This document shows positions 10,042 through 19,820 of a stretch of 64,000 bases of DNA, in pieces. The notes beneath the pieces are model-generated. The model searched no databases. It saw only the letters and a list, made by a program, of their open reading frames with translations, and was not told the DNA's origin. The translations under genes and the position numbers were made by a program. Source of the DNA: a virus; IMG/VR virus record IMGVR_UViG_3300028423_001161, positions 1 to 64,000 of that record. One strand, given 5' to 3'. Every line of letters starts with the position of its first letter. The stretch's first letter is position 1.

Positions 10042-11181
10042 TTAGAATACTTTGATCAGTATGGTGTGCTCGTTGATTCTGCCGGTTAATGCAGTTTCAG
10101 TGGTGGTGAGCTCTTTGAAGAATTTATCAAACTTGGTGCGACTTAGCTTGTCGCAGCCCTTGAGCTCGTTGGGCTTTCTTACTGTTTTCTGCACGCTCTT
10201 TGCTGGATCAAATCCTTGTATTGTGGTTCCTTTGACAGTGAGCGGTCCTTCCATTTCGTCTGCTATGTATATACCCAGCTTGCGGTTTTTGGTATTGTAG
10301 ATCCATAGCTTGTTGGCTTCTAGCACGCTCACAGGATTGATACTGGCCAAACCTAAGTCGGGCTCTGACTCTTTGAACTTGAGTTTGGCTATTAGTTTTT
10401 GCTTGTTGGGCGACTTGCGTTTGCGAGGCTTGCGTGATGTTTTGGCTGTGTTTATTACTGTGTCGCAAGCAGTGATGATTTTCTCAACTGCGCTGAGATA
10501 ATTTTTGCGATCGCTGGCTTTGGTATGACCGTATGCTTCTCGTATGTCGTCATCTTTCCACTCTACCACCATCTTCGCTTCTGCATGCTCATTTTCAAAG
10601 AACCCGCGCATGAGCTTTGCATGTGCTGGCTTTATAAATGTGTTCTTCTGCAGATCAGCATAGGGGTCGAAATCTTTGACTTTGAGATCACCACGCATGA
10701 TTTGATCGATACAGTAGTTCCACTCGCCGCATACGGGCTCGACCTGTTCCTGCATGCGTTCTTGAATACTGATCACATTGGTCTTTGCTGTGTCTTCTTG
10801 TTTTTTCTCTTCTTGAATTGCTGTGGCTTTTTCAACAAATTCATAAAACTTGTTTTCAATCATCTCATGAATGCTTCCATCCAGCGTAGCACCCCGTGAG
10901 ATCAAATAGGTGTATTTTCCTACCACTGCAAATTCTCTGTCTGGCAGTTTTTTCAAGGTCTTTGTTTGTTTTTTATCAAAGTGTTTGTTGCAGTATTTTA
11001 CAAACTCTGCAGACAGCTTCTTGTCTGCAATCTCATAGTGCACGTAGCTGAGTGCTTCCCATACTAGACGCTCATAGCTTCTAGAAATGCCGTCTCTGGA
11101 TACAGGCTTCATGTCTGGCTTGATCACAGTCCAATCCGGAATACTTTGTCCTGATTCAGTGACTTTCTTTTGCTTGGCCAT
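10042..11181 (-). CDS. hypothetical protein (basic C-terminal domain), expressed from a sigma70-type promoter
   Basis: 379-aa ORF with AAGGAG RBS and TTGACA-N17-TACAAT upstream. Confidence 0.75.
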   Translation of the reverse strand: MAKQKKVTESGQSIPDWTVIKPDMKPVSRDGISRSYERLVWEALSYVHYEIADKKLSAEFVKYCNKHFDKKQTKTLKKLPDREFAVVGKYTYLISRGATLDGSIHEMIENKFYEFVEKATAIQEEKKQEDTAKTNVISIQERMQEQVEPVCGEWNYCIDQIMRGDLKVKDFDPYADLQKNTFIKPAHAKLMRGFFENEHAEAKMVVEWKDDDIREAYGHTKASDRKNYLSAVEKIITACDTVINTAKTSRKPRKRKSPNKQKLIAKLKFKESEPDLGLASINPVSVLEANKLWIYNTKNRKLGIYIADEMEGPLTVKGTTIQGFDPAKSVQKTVRKPNELKGCDKLSRTKFDKFFKELTTTETALTGRINEHTILIKVF

Positions 11182-11217
11182 GTTTACTACTCCTTGATAT
11201 CTATCAAATGCAACACA

Positions 11218-11246
11218 ATTGTACTAGATTCGGCATCTACTGTCAA
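11218..11246 (-). promoter_or_regulatory. sigma70-type promoter TTGACA-N17-TACAAT
   Basis: Near-consensus -35/-10 with 17-nt spacer, 37 nt upstream of ATG 11181. Confidence 0.8.
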
Positions 11247-12194
11247 CTACTTGTGGTTTTCCACAATTTCTTTCCAGATTTCAATGGTTTTGTCTATGCC
11301 TGTGCTGAGATCAGTCTGAGGTTGCCAGCCTGTGTGTTGAGTAATTTTGCTGTGTGTGCTGTTGAGCAGATAGATTTCTCCTGGACGTTCGGGCTTGGTA
11401 TCCCAGTGTACTTCTCCTTGCCATCCCAGCTTGTCTGCAATCATCTGCACATAGTCTGAGATGCGTATAGCATTGTTGGGCCCTAGGCAATAGATTTCGC
11501 CTGTGCACTGATCAGGATTTTCAATCACTGTGCACCAGGCTTCTAGTAGGTCTTCGATGTAGATAAAATTGCGATAGGGTTCACCGTGACCCAAGTAAAT
11601 GTGGTTAGGGTCAGTGAGCATTTGATGAATGATCTGTTCAGTGACAAAAAAGTCATTGTCTTTTCTGCCGTATGCATTGGTTTGCCGTATCGCTGTAAAA
11701 GGCAACCCATAGCTGCGATGTGCATACTCCAGATACTTCTCACAGCCATATTTGGCAACAGCATAAGGAGCGTTGGGGTTGGGCACGGTGGTTTCATCAA
11801 ATGCTATTTGGCCATTCTGTATTGCAGCTCTAACTGACTGTGTGTCCTCGCCGTCGCGGAGTTGATCACTCACTGGTTGCCAGCCGTAGACTTCCATGGT
11901 ACTAGCAAACACAAAGTTCTGCAAGTTGGGTACTCCGCGAGCCGATTCTATGAGATTCACTGTGCCTGTGTAGTTGATATCACTGAAGGTAATCTGCTCA
12001 TAGAAACTGTCCTGTACTTCTGTGCGTGCAGCCAAATGCACAATGATATCTGGCGAGAAGTTTACTAGCTCTTGCTGTATTGCTTGATGTTCTCTGAGAT
12101 CAGTGCTAGAACAAAACAGCTGATGTGCATCTTGTAGTTTTTCAACGAGATGCGAGCCAATAAAGCCCGACGATCCTGTGATGTAGATTTTCAT
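11247..12194 (-). CDS. NAD-dependent NDP-sugar epimerase/dehydratase (extended SDR)
   Basis: ITGSSGFIG, HLAA, STxEVYG, YxxxK (YAVAK) and RPGE; exact TATAAATA at 12227-12234. Confidence 0.92.
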   Translation of the reverse strand: MKIYITGSSGFIGSHLVEKLQDAHQLFCSSTDLREHQAIQQELVNFSPDIIVHLAARTEVQDSFYEQITFSDINYTGTVNLIESARGVPNLQNFVFASTMEVYGWQPVSDQLRDGEDTQSVRAAIQNGQIAFDETTVPNPNAPYAVAKYGCEKYLEYAHRSYGLPFTAIRQTNAYGRKDNDFFVTEQIIHQMLTDPNHIYLGHGEPYRNFIYIEDLLEAWCTVIENPDQCTGEIYCLGPNNAIRISDYVQMIADKLGWQGEVHWDTKPERPGEIYLLNSTHSKITQHTGWQPQTDLSTGIDKTIEIWKEIVENHK

Positions 12195-12319
12195 TGTATC
12201 TAATTTCTCAGTGATAGTGTTGCTTGTATTTATAGGCCACAAAATTAGCAAGAACACAAACATGGTATTTGATTGTTGATAAATACTGTTATGATAGCAA
12301 TAGCAGAGAATACAGCATA

Positions 12320-13390
12320 ATGAGCCGTCTTTCTTTATGGAAACCAGTAAAGACCAGCGACTTTGCGTTTATTGATCGTATTGTAGGCGAACATCTCTAT
12401 GCAGGTGGCACTGGCGTTCATGTACACAAATATCTGGGTATAAACGATGTTCCAGAAACCGGCGATGCCACGCGACCCGGTAGTGCCGGCAACCAGGCAG
12501 GCGAAGTGTTTATACAAGATCTGTTGTTCTTGGAGAACAGAGATCGCAAATATGACAATACCATCTACGAACTCAGAGGTCAGTACAACATACAAGACAA
12601 TGATCAGTATGATCTCACGCAGTTTGGTTTGTTCTTGGCCAACGACACATTGATGATGAACTTTCACATTGAGAGTATGGTAGAACAGCTGGGCCGTAAG
12701 CTGATGCCAGGTGACGTGTTAGAGTTGCCTCATCTAAGAGACGATTTGCTGTTGGGTGCTGATGACGCCATTAACAGATTCTATGTGGTACAAGAAGGTG
12801 CACGTCCGTCAGAAGGCTATGATCCTAGATGGTGGCCTCACCTGTGGCGTGTGAAGCTGGGCCCTATCACAGACTCTCAGGAATACAGAGACATACTTGG
12901 CTCTGGCGAGGAAGAGGAAGACTTGCGCAATCTGGTCAGCAAATACCAAACTGAGATCAACATCAACGATGCCCTCTTAGAACAAGCAGAGAATGATGTC
13001 AAATATGATCCACAGTGGCGCGATACAGCACACTTGTATGTAGATCCTGATGCACCAGACAAACCTGCTGTGGGTTTTGACTTTGCAGCAGACGGAGGCC
13101 AGGCGCCCAACGGAGCACAGATTGTGGGCAGCGGCGAAAGTTTTCCCACTGACAACATTTCTGAGGGGGACTACTTCCTGCGCACAGACTTTTCTCCTCA
13201 CAGGCTGTTTCGGAAATCTGGCACACGCTGGCTCAAAGTCAACGATGACAACAAACAACTGTGGGCAGCCGCAAACCGCGTGCTAACAACATTTATCAAC
13301 AACGACAATGAATCAACTCTTACAGACGGTGAGATTGTGCCTGAGAAGACTAATCTCAGCCAAGCAGTCAAACCAAAAACAGACGACTAG
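12320..13390 (+). CDS. gp14: neck/head-completion protein
   Basis: IQDLLFLENRDRKYD, LTQFGLFL, GRKLMPGDVLELPH and HLWRVK; GATAAATA at 12278-12285. Confidence 0.75.
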   Translation: MSRLSLWKPVKTSDFAFIDRIVGEHLYAGGTGVHVHKYLGINDVPETGDATRPGSAGNQAGEVFIQDLLFLENRDRKYDNTIYELRGQYNIQDNDQYDLTQFGLFLANDTLMMNFHIESMVEQLGRKLMPGDVLELPHLRDDLLLGADDAINRFYVVQEGARPSEGYDPRWWPHLWRVKLGPITDSQEYRDILGSGEEEEDLRNLVSKYQTEININDALLEQAENDVKYDPQWRDTAHLYVDPDAPDKPAVGFDFAADGGQAPNGAQIVGSGESFPTDNISEGDYFLRTDFSPHRLFRKSGTRWLKVNDDNKQLWAAANRVLTTFINNDNESTLTDGEIVPEKTNLSQAVKPKTDD

Positions 13391-13397
13391 GAATATC

Positions 13398-14018
13398 ATG
13401 GGCAATCAGCCGTTGAAGCTACTACAAGAAAAGGCCGGCACAACACCTGACGGTGTTTTTGGTCCTAACACCCTGCGAGCCGCTGTGGACTATTATCAGC
13501 TCACTCCGGAACAGGGTGCTCACTTCTTTGGTCAAACTTCACATGAGTCTGCTCAGTTTACTGTGTTTTCAGAGAATCTCAACTACAGTGCAGATGCATT
13601 ACTGCGGGTGTTTGGCAAGTATTTCCACAATCTCATGGAAGCAGAAGAATATGCGCGCCAACCTGAGAAAATTGCTAACCGTGTGTATGCCAATCGCATG
13701 GGCAACGACAACGAAGCAAGCAGAGACGGCTGGAGATACAGAGGGCGCGGTGCTATACAACTCACCGGCAAATGGAACTATCGACAGTTTGCCAGCGATC
13801 TAAAAGATCAAGATATCTTGTTAAATCCGGATTTAGTCGAAGAACAATATGCCTTTGACTGTGCTCGTTGGTACTTTGATCAACGTGATATCTGGAACTA
13901 CTGTGATCAGGTATCAGATGAACGCATTGGCGTTATTACACGCATGATCAACGGTGGTACAAACGGCCTTGAGGATCGCAGAGCAGAAACATATCTCTAT
14001 TACGAATGGTTGAGCTAG
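13398..14018 (+). CDS. GH19 endolysin with short N-terminal peptidoglycan-binding motif
   Basis: DGVFGPNT motif; HESAQF, ENLNYS, YRGRGAIQLTG and INGGTNGLEDR. Confidence 0.9.
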   Translation: MGNQPLKLLQEKAGTTPDGVFGPNTLRAAVDYYQLTPEQGAHFFGQTSHESAQFTVFSENLNYSADALLRVFGKYFHNLMEAEEYARQPEKIANRVYANRMGNDNEASRDGWRYRGRGAIQLTGKWNYRQFASDLKDQDILLNPDLVEEQYAFDCARWYFDQRDIWNYCDQVSDERIGVITRMINGGTNGLEDRRAETYLYYEWLS

Positions 14019-14026
14019 GAGCAAAC

Positions 14027-15367
14027 ATGGCAGGCAAAAACATGGATTACTGGTACGACGAGCAGATAAAAAGATATCTGCTACAACTGATTCGTATCTT
14101 TTCGCACTTTCAGGTCAAAGAGTACACTTCGGAAGGCGTGAATTACAATAGAGTGCCATGCCGCTATGCTGATGCTAGTCGCATGGTCAGTCACATACTG
14201 CGCAACAACTCAGAAAACATTGTGAACAATGCTCCGCAGATTTCTGTGGGCATACAGAGTTTGCAACTGGCCAGAGAGCGAGCACAAGACCCTTTCATGG
14301 TGGACACACAGCAGGTTGCAGAAAGAGAGTGGAACAAAGAGGCGGGATCGTATACCAGCGAGCAGGGCAACCTGTACACAGTGCAACGCTATATGCCTGT
14401 GCCTTACAACATGACCATACAGGTGGATATCTTTACCACCAACACTGACACCAAGCTGCAGATCCTAGAGCAAATTTTTGTGCTGTTTAATCCCAGTATA
14501 CAGTTGCAGAGCAATGATAATCCTTTGGATTGGAGCAACGTGTTTGAAGTTGAGCTCACTGACATATCCTGGAGTAATCGCAGCATACCTGCAGGTGTCG
14601 ATGAGAGCCTAGATATTTCCACACTGACATTTCAGGTGCCCATATGGATCTCACCGCCTGCCAAAGTGCAACGACAAAAAATCATACAAAAAATTATTGC
14701 AGACATTCACAGCAACAACAACCTCATGAGCTTAGGATTCAACTCAGATTTTCATGACTTCTTTGCCAGTGTGCCAGAAGACGCCCGTGTGGTAACTGCG
14801 CCCGATCTCAGAGTGCATATTGAAAATGCAACTGCATCTCTGGTAAATCTCTCAGGACAGCCTGTGAACTGGAGCGAAATCATTGAGATGAACGGTGAGC
14901 TCACATCAGTGAGCCGACTGGAGTTCAACATCACTGATGACATCAAGGATTACAGTCAAATGGTGATAGGCACTATTGTGGGAAATCCACTTGATTCTAC
15001 CAGTTTGATTTTTAATCTAGATTCCGAGACTTTGCCTGCAGACACATTGACACCGCTGAATAGGATTGTTGATCCGCGTTCGAGCAGACCAGGCGATACT
15101 TTGCCGTCGGCACAACTGGCACAGAGATATTTGATCACTGAAAATATCACCGAAGACTATGCCGAATGGGGCATAGATGCAGAAGCCAACGACATCGTGG
15201 AATACGACGGAAACAAATGGGTAGTGGTGTTTGACAGTGACCAAGTCAGTCAGCAGGCATGGATCACCAACGACTTCACTGGTCAGCAGTTTCGCTGGAC
15301 CGGCACAGAATGGATCAGCAGCTGGCAAGGCACATATAATCCTGGATACTGGAAATTGATACTATGA
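14027..15367 (+). CDS. gp15: tail sheath stabilizer / tail terminator
   Basis: YWYDEQIKRY, VPCRYAD, MPVPYN and KLQILEQI...FNP motifs. Confidence 0.8.
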   Translation: MAGKNMDYWYDEQIKRYLLQLIRIFSHFQVKEYTSEGVNYNRVPCRYADASRMVSHILRNNSENIVNNAPQISVGIQSLQLARERAQDPFMVDTQQVAEREWNKEAGSYTSEQGNLYTVQRYMPVPYNMTIQVDIFTTNTDTKLQILEQIFVLFNPSIQLQSNDNPLDWSNVFEVELTDISWSNRSIPAGVDESLDISTLTFQVPIWISPPAKVQRQKIIQKIIADIHSNNNLMSLGFNSDFHDFFASVPEDARVVTAPDLRVHIENATASLVNLSGQPVNWSEIIEMNGELTSVSRLEFNITDDIKDYSQMVIGTIVGNPLDSTSLIFNLDSETLPADTLTPLNRIVDPRSSRPGDTLPSAQLAQRYLITENITEDYAEWGIDAEANDIVEYDGNKWVVVFDSDQVSQQAWITNDFTGQQFRWTGTEWISSWQGTYNPGYWKLIL

Positions 15368-15789
15368 TTGAAGCAGTGGGCGTTATATTCCTTGCCAAAG
15401 ACACAGGCAGATGTTTAATGCAGTTGCGCAACGGAGACAAGAGACACAAATATACCTGGGGGTTCTTTGGAGGCACCATAGAGAAAGGCGAAACACCATT
15501 TGAGGCTTTGCAAAGAGAACTTGATGAAGAAATAGGCTTTGTGCCTGAGTTGGCCAAGCTGAATCCCATTGATGTTTATCAGAGCAACGACAAACATTTC
15601 TACTACTACAGTTTTGCAGCTGTGGTAGATCATGAATTTTTGCCCAGTCTCAACAGAGAAAGCGTGGGATATGCTTGGGTCAACATAGGAAGATGGCCTC
15701 AGCCATTGCATCAAGGTGCGCGTATAACACTAAATAAAAACAAAGGGACACATAAACTGCACACAATTCTAGACATACACACTGAATAA
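15364..15789 (+). CDS. Nudix hydrolase
   Basis: Nudix box GGTIEKGETPFEALQRELDEEIG. Confidence 0.92.
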   Translation: MIEAVGVIFLAKDTGRCLMQLRNGDKRHKYTWGFFGGTIEKGETPFEALQRELDEEIGFVPELAKLNPIDVYQSNDKHFYYYSFAAVVDHEFLPSLNRESVGYAWVNIGRWPQPLHQGARITLNKNKGTHKLHTILDIHTE

Positions 15790-15803
15790 TATCGGAGAGT
15801 GAC

Positions 15804-16433
15804 ATGTCAGAAATAGTAGATTTTACCTGTGTGCAGATACAGTCTGGCTTAGACGACTATGATCGCACAGGCATTATACCAGAAGATCTAATGGAAGGCG
15901 TATACACTGCTGACGACATACTCAGCTGTTTACGCCAGCTTCCCCAGGATTATTCCAGTACAGGCAACGCCCTGATACGAGCCTACACCAGAAAGCAACA
16001 AAAGAATCTCAAAAAAATAAAGCAGGATCTCAAAGATGAATATCATCATCTGCTGGGTAACCTGTCAACCACGCACTACGGCTTGGTGTTTCCGTCTGTG
16101 ATTAATCGCTATCGCATTGACATAAATCCAGTTGCTGCTCTCTACTATGATTGCAGAGAACTGACTCGACATTTCAACCCAGAGGACGACAGACACATTT
16201 GGTTACACAGTGTGGTCACAGACAAGAAATTAAACAACACCATACTGGATGCTCTCAGCAGAGACATCAAACACATAGAAAAGTTTGTTAAAAAATATCA
16301 CTGGTCTTTGACAAACCTCAGCGACAGTATTCCGTTGGAACTGTTTCATGCTAGACAGATAATCAAGGACTTCAGTCAGTTCTATGTGTTCTTTGCTGGC
16401 ATTGTTGATTTTGAGCCCGAGGACCACTACTAG
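15804..16433 (+). CDS. hypothetical protein
   Basis: 209-aa ORF with GGAG RBS. Confidence 0.7.
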   Translation: MSEIVDFTCVQIQSGLDDYDRTGIIPEDLMEGVYTADDILSCLRQLPQDYSSTGNALIRAYTRKQQKNLKKIKQDLKDEYHHLLGNLSTTHYGLVFPSVINRYRIDINPVAALYYDCRELTRHFNPEDDRHIWLHSVVTDKKLNNTILDALSRDIKHIEKFVKKYHWSLTNLSDSIPLELFHARQIIKDFSQFYVFFAGIVDFEPEDHY

Positions 16434-16436
16434 GCC

Positions 16437-16465
16437 AAAAAAATGCCCGGCATATGCCGGGCATT
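16437..16465 (-). terminator. intrinsic terminator at a convergent gene junction
   Basis: Perfect 24-bp palindrome AATGCCCGGCATATGCCGGGCATT with a T-run on the minus strand. Confidence 0.85.
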
Positions 16466-16499
16466 GAGGTATATTACAATTGTTATAGTTGTAATTCTA

Positions 16500-18440
16500 T
16501 TACATCAGTGTAACAAGTACTTCGATTACTGCTTCTCCGCCTTCGCTAGAGTCAATTGCTTTGCCAAGAATTCTACCTGGTGCAGCATCGTTGTCTGCTT
16601 GTGCATGGCCAGCTACACTTGAAGTAACCATCAAGTCACCTTTGGCAACTGGGCCTGTGACTTTGCAAGGCACACGACCTGTGAGTGCCACAGGAGGATG
16701 CGTATCATCGTTGCCTGCTGACTGGTTCATCAAGTATGCAGGATCTGTGGAGATAACACCTGCCACTGCATGATGTGCACTGTGTGCACACACTGTGATT
16801 TCTTTGTCACCGCCAAAGCACACCACTGTGCCTGGTTCAATCACAGTGTCTGCTTCATAGCGTTCCGCAACGTCAGCATACTGTGCTTGTGTTGCTGTAG
16901 CAGTGATAGTGCCTGCGCTGAAGTTGCCGCTGCCGTCACGTTCAACAATGGTGTTGCCTGTGTTAGCACTGGTAGCAGTGGTGCGGTCATTGCTGAGAGT
17001 ACCTGTGGTAATCACACTAGCATCAAACTCATCAGTGAGGTCTTCGATGCGATCGTTAACTGCAGCCGCAGTCATCAACACTGTGTCCGAATCTGCAAAT
17101 GTTTCTGCACCTGTTTGAATAGCTGCATCAGCAAAGTCACCAACCACCAGTTCTGGTAAGCGTGCACTTGCCAGTGTGCCTGTGCTGATGTTGCCAGCAT
17201 CAAGACTACTCAGTGCGCTACCGTTGCCTGCAAACACACCATCTGCAGTGATGTTGTTGAATGTGACATTGTCTCCTGTGCTAACTGCTTGACCAATAGC
17301 AACTTCGCCGTCGGTGATGGTTACGCCTAGACCGCCGCTGAAATGTGCACGTGCCTCTGCTGCACTTGGGCCAGTGTAGGTGAATACACCAGAGCCGCTG
17401 TTGTAGCTGAGCGAACCGTCGCCACCAGCATCGTTGACACTTACCAAACCACGCACTTCGCTGTCTGTGCGTTCTGTGAAGCTGAATACACCGGTGCTGT
17501 TGTTGTAGCTTAAGTCTCCGCTGGCACTGACAGCGTCTCTTGCACGGCTATCGGTGTAGTAGAGGTTTGTGCCTTCGGCAAGGTCTGTGGTGCTGGTAGC
17601 CAAATCAAAGTTTGTGCTACCATCGTTGGTGAATCGCCATTTGTCCTGACTTTCGTCCCAGAACACGCTCACATTGTCGAGATCGCCGCGCTCAACTTCC
17701 ATGCCTGCATCAGCAGAAGGAGCCCCGCCTGTGTAATCACTGTTGAGTGTGATGATGTTGTCTGCTACTTTGAGCTCTTCGGTGTTCACTGTGGTGGTTG
17801 TACCACTAACTGTCAAGTTACCGCTTACTGTAACATCATTAAACGAAACATCGTCGTCTGTGGCTACACCTTGTCCAATTGAGATTGTTCCGCTGGCGTA
17901 TGTAACACCTGTGCCACCTGATAGATGTGCATCAACACGACCATCTGTGTAGTACAAGTTGATGTTGCCTTCTGTGATACCGTCTGTGGTAACACTTGGA
18001 TCGTCTGCAACTGCTACTGCGTTGCCGCCAAACTGCAAACCACCGCCAACCACGCTAAGTGACACGCCATCAATGAAGATGGTTTCGGCGCCCACATAGA
18101 GATCTTTCCACACATTGGTGGGCGAACCTAGGCTGAAGGTGTTGTTGGCACTGGGTACCAGGTTGCCTGTCAAACTCTCATAGTTGATGCTGAGGTTTGC
18201 TGAGCCCTCTGTTACACCGCCCAATAGGCCCGAATTGCTGTCTGTGGTAATTGATGTAACGGCGTTGCCGCTGAACTCTGTGAGTTCTGAAAATCTTGCA
18301 AGGCGTTCACCGCCTGCTGTGCTACCATCGTGTACAATGATGGTATTGAGATCTGTATCGACGGTAATTTCGCCCGACAAGCCTGTGAAATTGGCATGTT
18401 GTGCGGTACTACCTCGTCTTCGTTGAATTGCTGTTGCCAT
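16500..18440 (-). CDS. tail/whisker fibre protein with Mtd-like N-terminal domain and probable C-terminal autocleaving chaperone
   Basis: IQRRRGSTAQH..FTG..GEITVDTD N-terminus; T/G/S/D-rich repeats; YADVAERY...PPVALTGRVPCKV C-terminus. Confidence 0.75.
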   Translation of the reverse strand: MATAIQRRRGSTAQHANFTGLSGEITVDTDLNTIIVHDGSTAGGERLARFSELTEFSGNAVTSITTDSNSGLLGGVTEGSANLSINYESLTGNLVPSANNTFSLGSPTNVWKDLYVGAETIFIDGVSLSVVGGGLQFGGNAVAVADDPSVTTDGITEGNINLYYTDGRVDAHLSGGTGVTYASGTISIGQGVATDDDVSFNDVTVSGNLTVSGTTTTVNTEELKVADNIITLNSDYTGGAPSADAGMEVERGDLDNVSVFWDESQDKWRFTNDGSTNFDLATSTTDLAEGTNLYYTDSRARDAVSASGDLSYNNSTGVFSFTERTDSEVRGLVSVNDAGGDGSLSYNSGSGVFTYTGPSAAEARAHFSGGLGVTITDGEVAIGQAVSTGDNVTFNNITADGVFAGNGSALSSLDAGNISTGTLASARLPELVVGDFADAAIQTGAETFADSDTVLMTAAAVNDRIEDLTDEFDASVITTGTLSNDRTTATSANTGNTIVERDGSGNFSAGTITATATQAQYADVAERYEADTVIEPGTVVCFGGDKEITVCAHSAHHAVAGVISTDPAYLMNQSAGNDDTHPPVALTGRVPCKVTGPVAKGDLMVTSSVAGHAQADNDAAPGRILGKAIDSSEGGEAVIEVLVTLM

Positions 18441-18489
18441 TGTGTTATACCCCGAGTATAAAGTGCGTATTTGCAAGTATTTATCAAAA

Positions 18490-19803
18490 CTATCTAATAA
18501 GCATGAGATCTAGCTCGTCACTGATAGATTTTATTTTGATCCATGATTTTCCCACAGTTTGTCCTTTGTACACAGGTACTGTGCCCAACAAACATACTGC
18601 AGCCCAAGAACTTCTCTGGTGTCTACCTTGATATTCCTGTTGTGTTTGGTGTGCGCTGTTGATCATTGATGTAGATAAGTCGTTGCCGTCGGCATCTGTT
18701 TCTGTGATCACGGCATTTTCAGGCAATGCAAATGTGCTGGGTAGACTGTGTGCAAAATGGCTTTTTAGCTGAGTTGTTTCTGTTTCCAGCCATTCTACAA
18801 CATGATATTTGCCTTGTGTTTTTCTGCCAAACTGATCCTGAAAATATTTGTTTTTCCAATGATTCCATTGACTGTTTGCTACTAGTGCTGCATGTGGCAC
18901 TACAACGCCAACCACAGCATCTCCTTCGTTTGCTACAACCAACTCTCCTTCAGCGTTGATTGCAACTGTGAATCCTGTTCTATCTTCTCCGCGATGATTT
19001 CCATCGGCCCACTCAAACATTTCTGCATAGCCTGTGGGGTTTGAATAGTACGTGCCGTTTGCAAACACATCGCCTTGACCACTCACACGATGTGTCACTG
19101 TGCTAGCATCATTGCTTTCTGACACAACTTCCATTGCATTCCAGTGACCGGACTGAGGCGAAATAGATGTGAGCTGTAAAAGTGTGCTGTCAAAGTTTCT
19201 GCTGGGGCTGTGAATCATGCCGCCGACATTTTCAGGATCACGATGATACACGCTGAAACTGGCATTGTTGATTTTTTGCATGGAGCCTATGCTGACTGCA
19301 CCGTCACTGAACACATTGAAGCCTTGCCGATTCATACGACTCACTGCTCTCAGAGAGAAACTGAGATCATCGTCTCCGTCGCCCTCCACAATGAGACCTC
19401 GTGTGCTGAAATCTCCACTGGTTGGCAAGGTGGCTTCGCTGGCTCCGCCGGCACGAATATGTGTGCTGCCCTTGCCATGACTGCGAGGGGCACGAGTGCC
19501 TACACCCAGTTGTCCGTTTTTGCCAATCAACAACACAGTGTTGTCACCTCGACAAAATTGTAGGCCGTCTTCGTCGGCTGTCACTGAATATTTGTGTTCG
19601 CCTTTGCTCATGGCAATGCGGTTCTGCTGTGCTTCGCTGGTCTGTCTTAGCGTGCTCACAGCACTATTGAGCTTTTGCTCAAACTGCTCTGTGAGTTCTT
19701 CTAACACAGTATTTTTGATCTCTGCAGTGAGCTTGGTTAAATCTACAGTTGACTGTGTGGATTTTTTCTTGGAAGCAGTTTTCTTTTTCTTTGATGTGCT
19801 CAT
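18490..19803 (-). CDS. fibre/spike-associated protein with Peptidase_G2-like intramolecular chaperone domain
   Basis: YAEMFEWADGN, VVGVV, W..KY..D.FGR and W..V.LLG.VPV motifs. Confidence 0.7.
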   Translation of the reverse strand: MSTSKKKKTASKKKSTQSTVDLTKLTAEIKNTVLEELTEQFEQKLNSAVSTLRQTSEAQQNRIAMSKGEHKYSVTADEDGLQFCRGDNTVLLIGKNGQLGVGTRAPRSHGKGSTHIRAGGASEATLPTSGDFSTRGLIVEGDGDDDLSFSLRAVSRMNRQGFNVFSDGAVSIGSMQKINNASFSVYHRDPENVGGMIHSPSRNFDSTLLQLTSISPQSGHWNAMEVVSESNDASTVTHRVSGQGDVFANGTYYSNPTGYAEMFEWADGNHRGEDRTGFTVAINAEGELVVANEGDAVVGVVVPHAALVANSQWNHWKNKYFQDQFGRKTQGKYHVVEWLETETTQLKSHFAHSLPSTFALPENAVITETDADGNDLSTSMINSAHQTQQEYQGRHQRSSWAAVCLLGTVPVYKGQTVGKSWIKIKSISDELDLMLIR

Positions 19804-19820
19804 GTGTGCCTTTTGTTGTG

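Noticed and set aside
16500-18440. Diversity-generating retroelement suggested by the Mtd-like N-terminus
   Set aside because: No reverse transcriptase in the window and no adenine-specific TR/VR pair seen; fibre repeats differ mostly at synonymous positions
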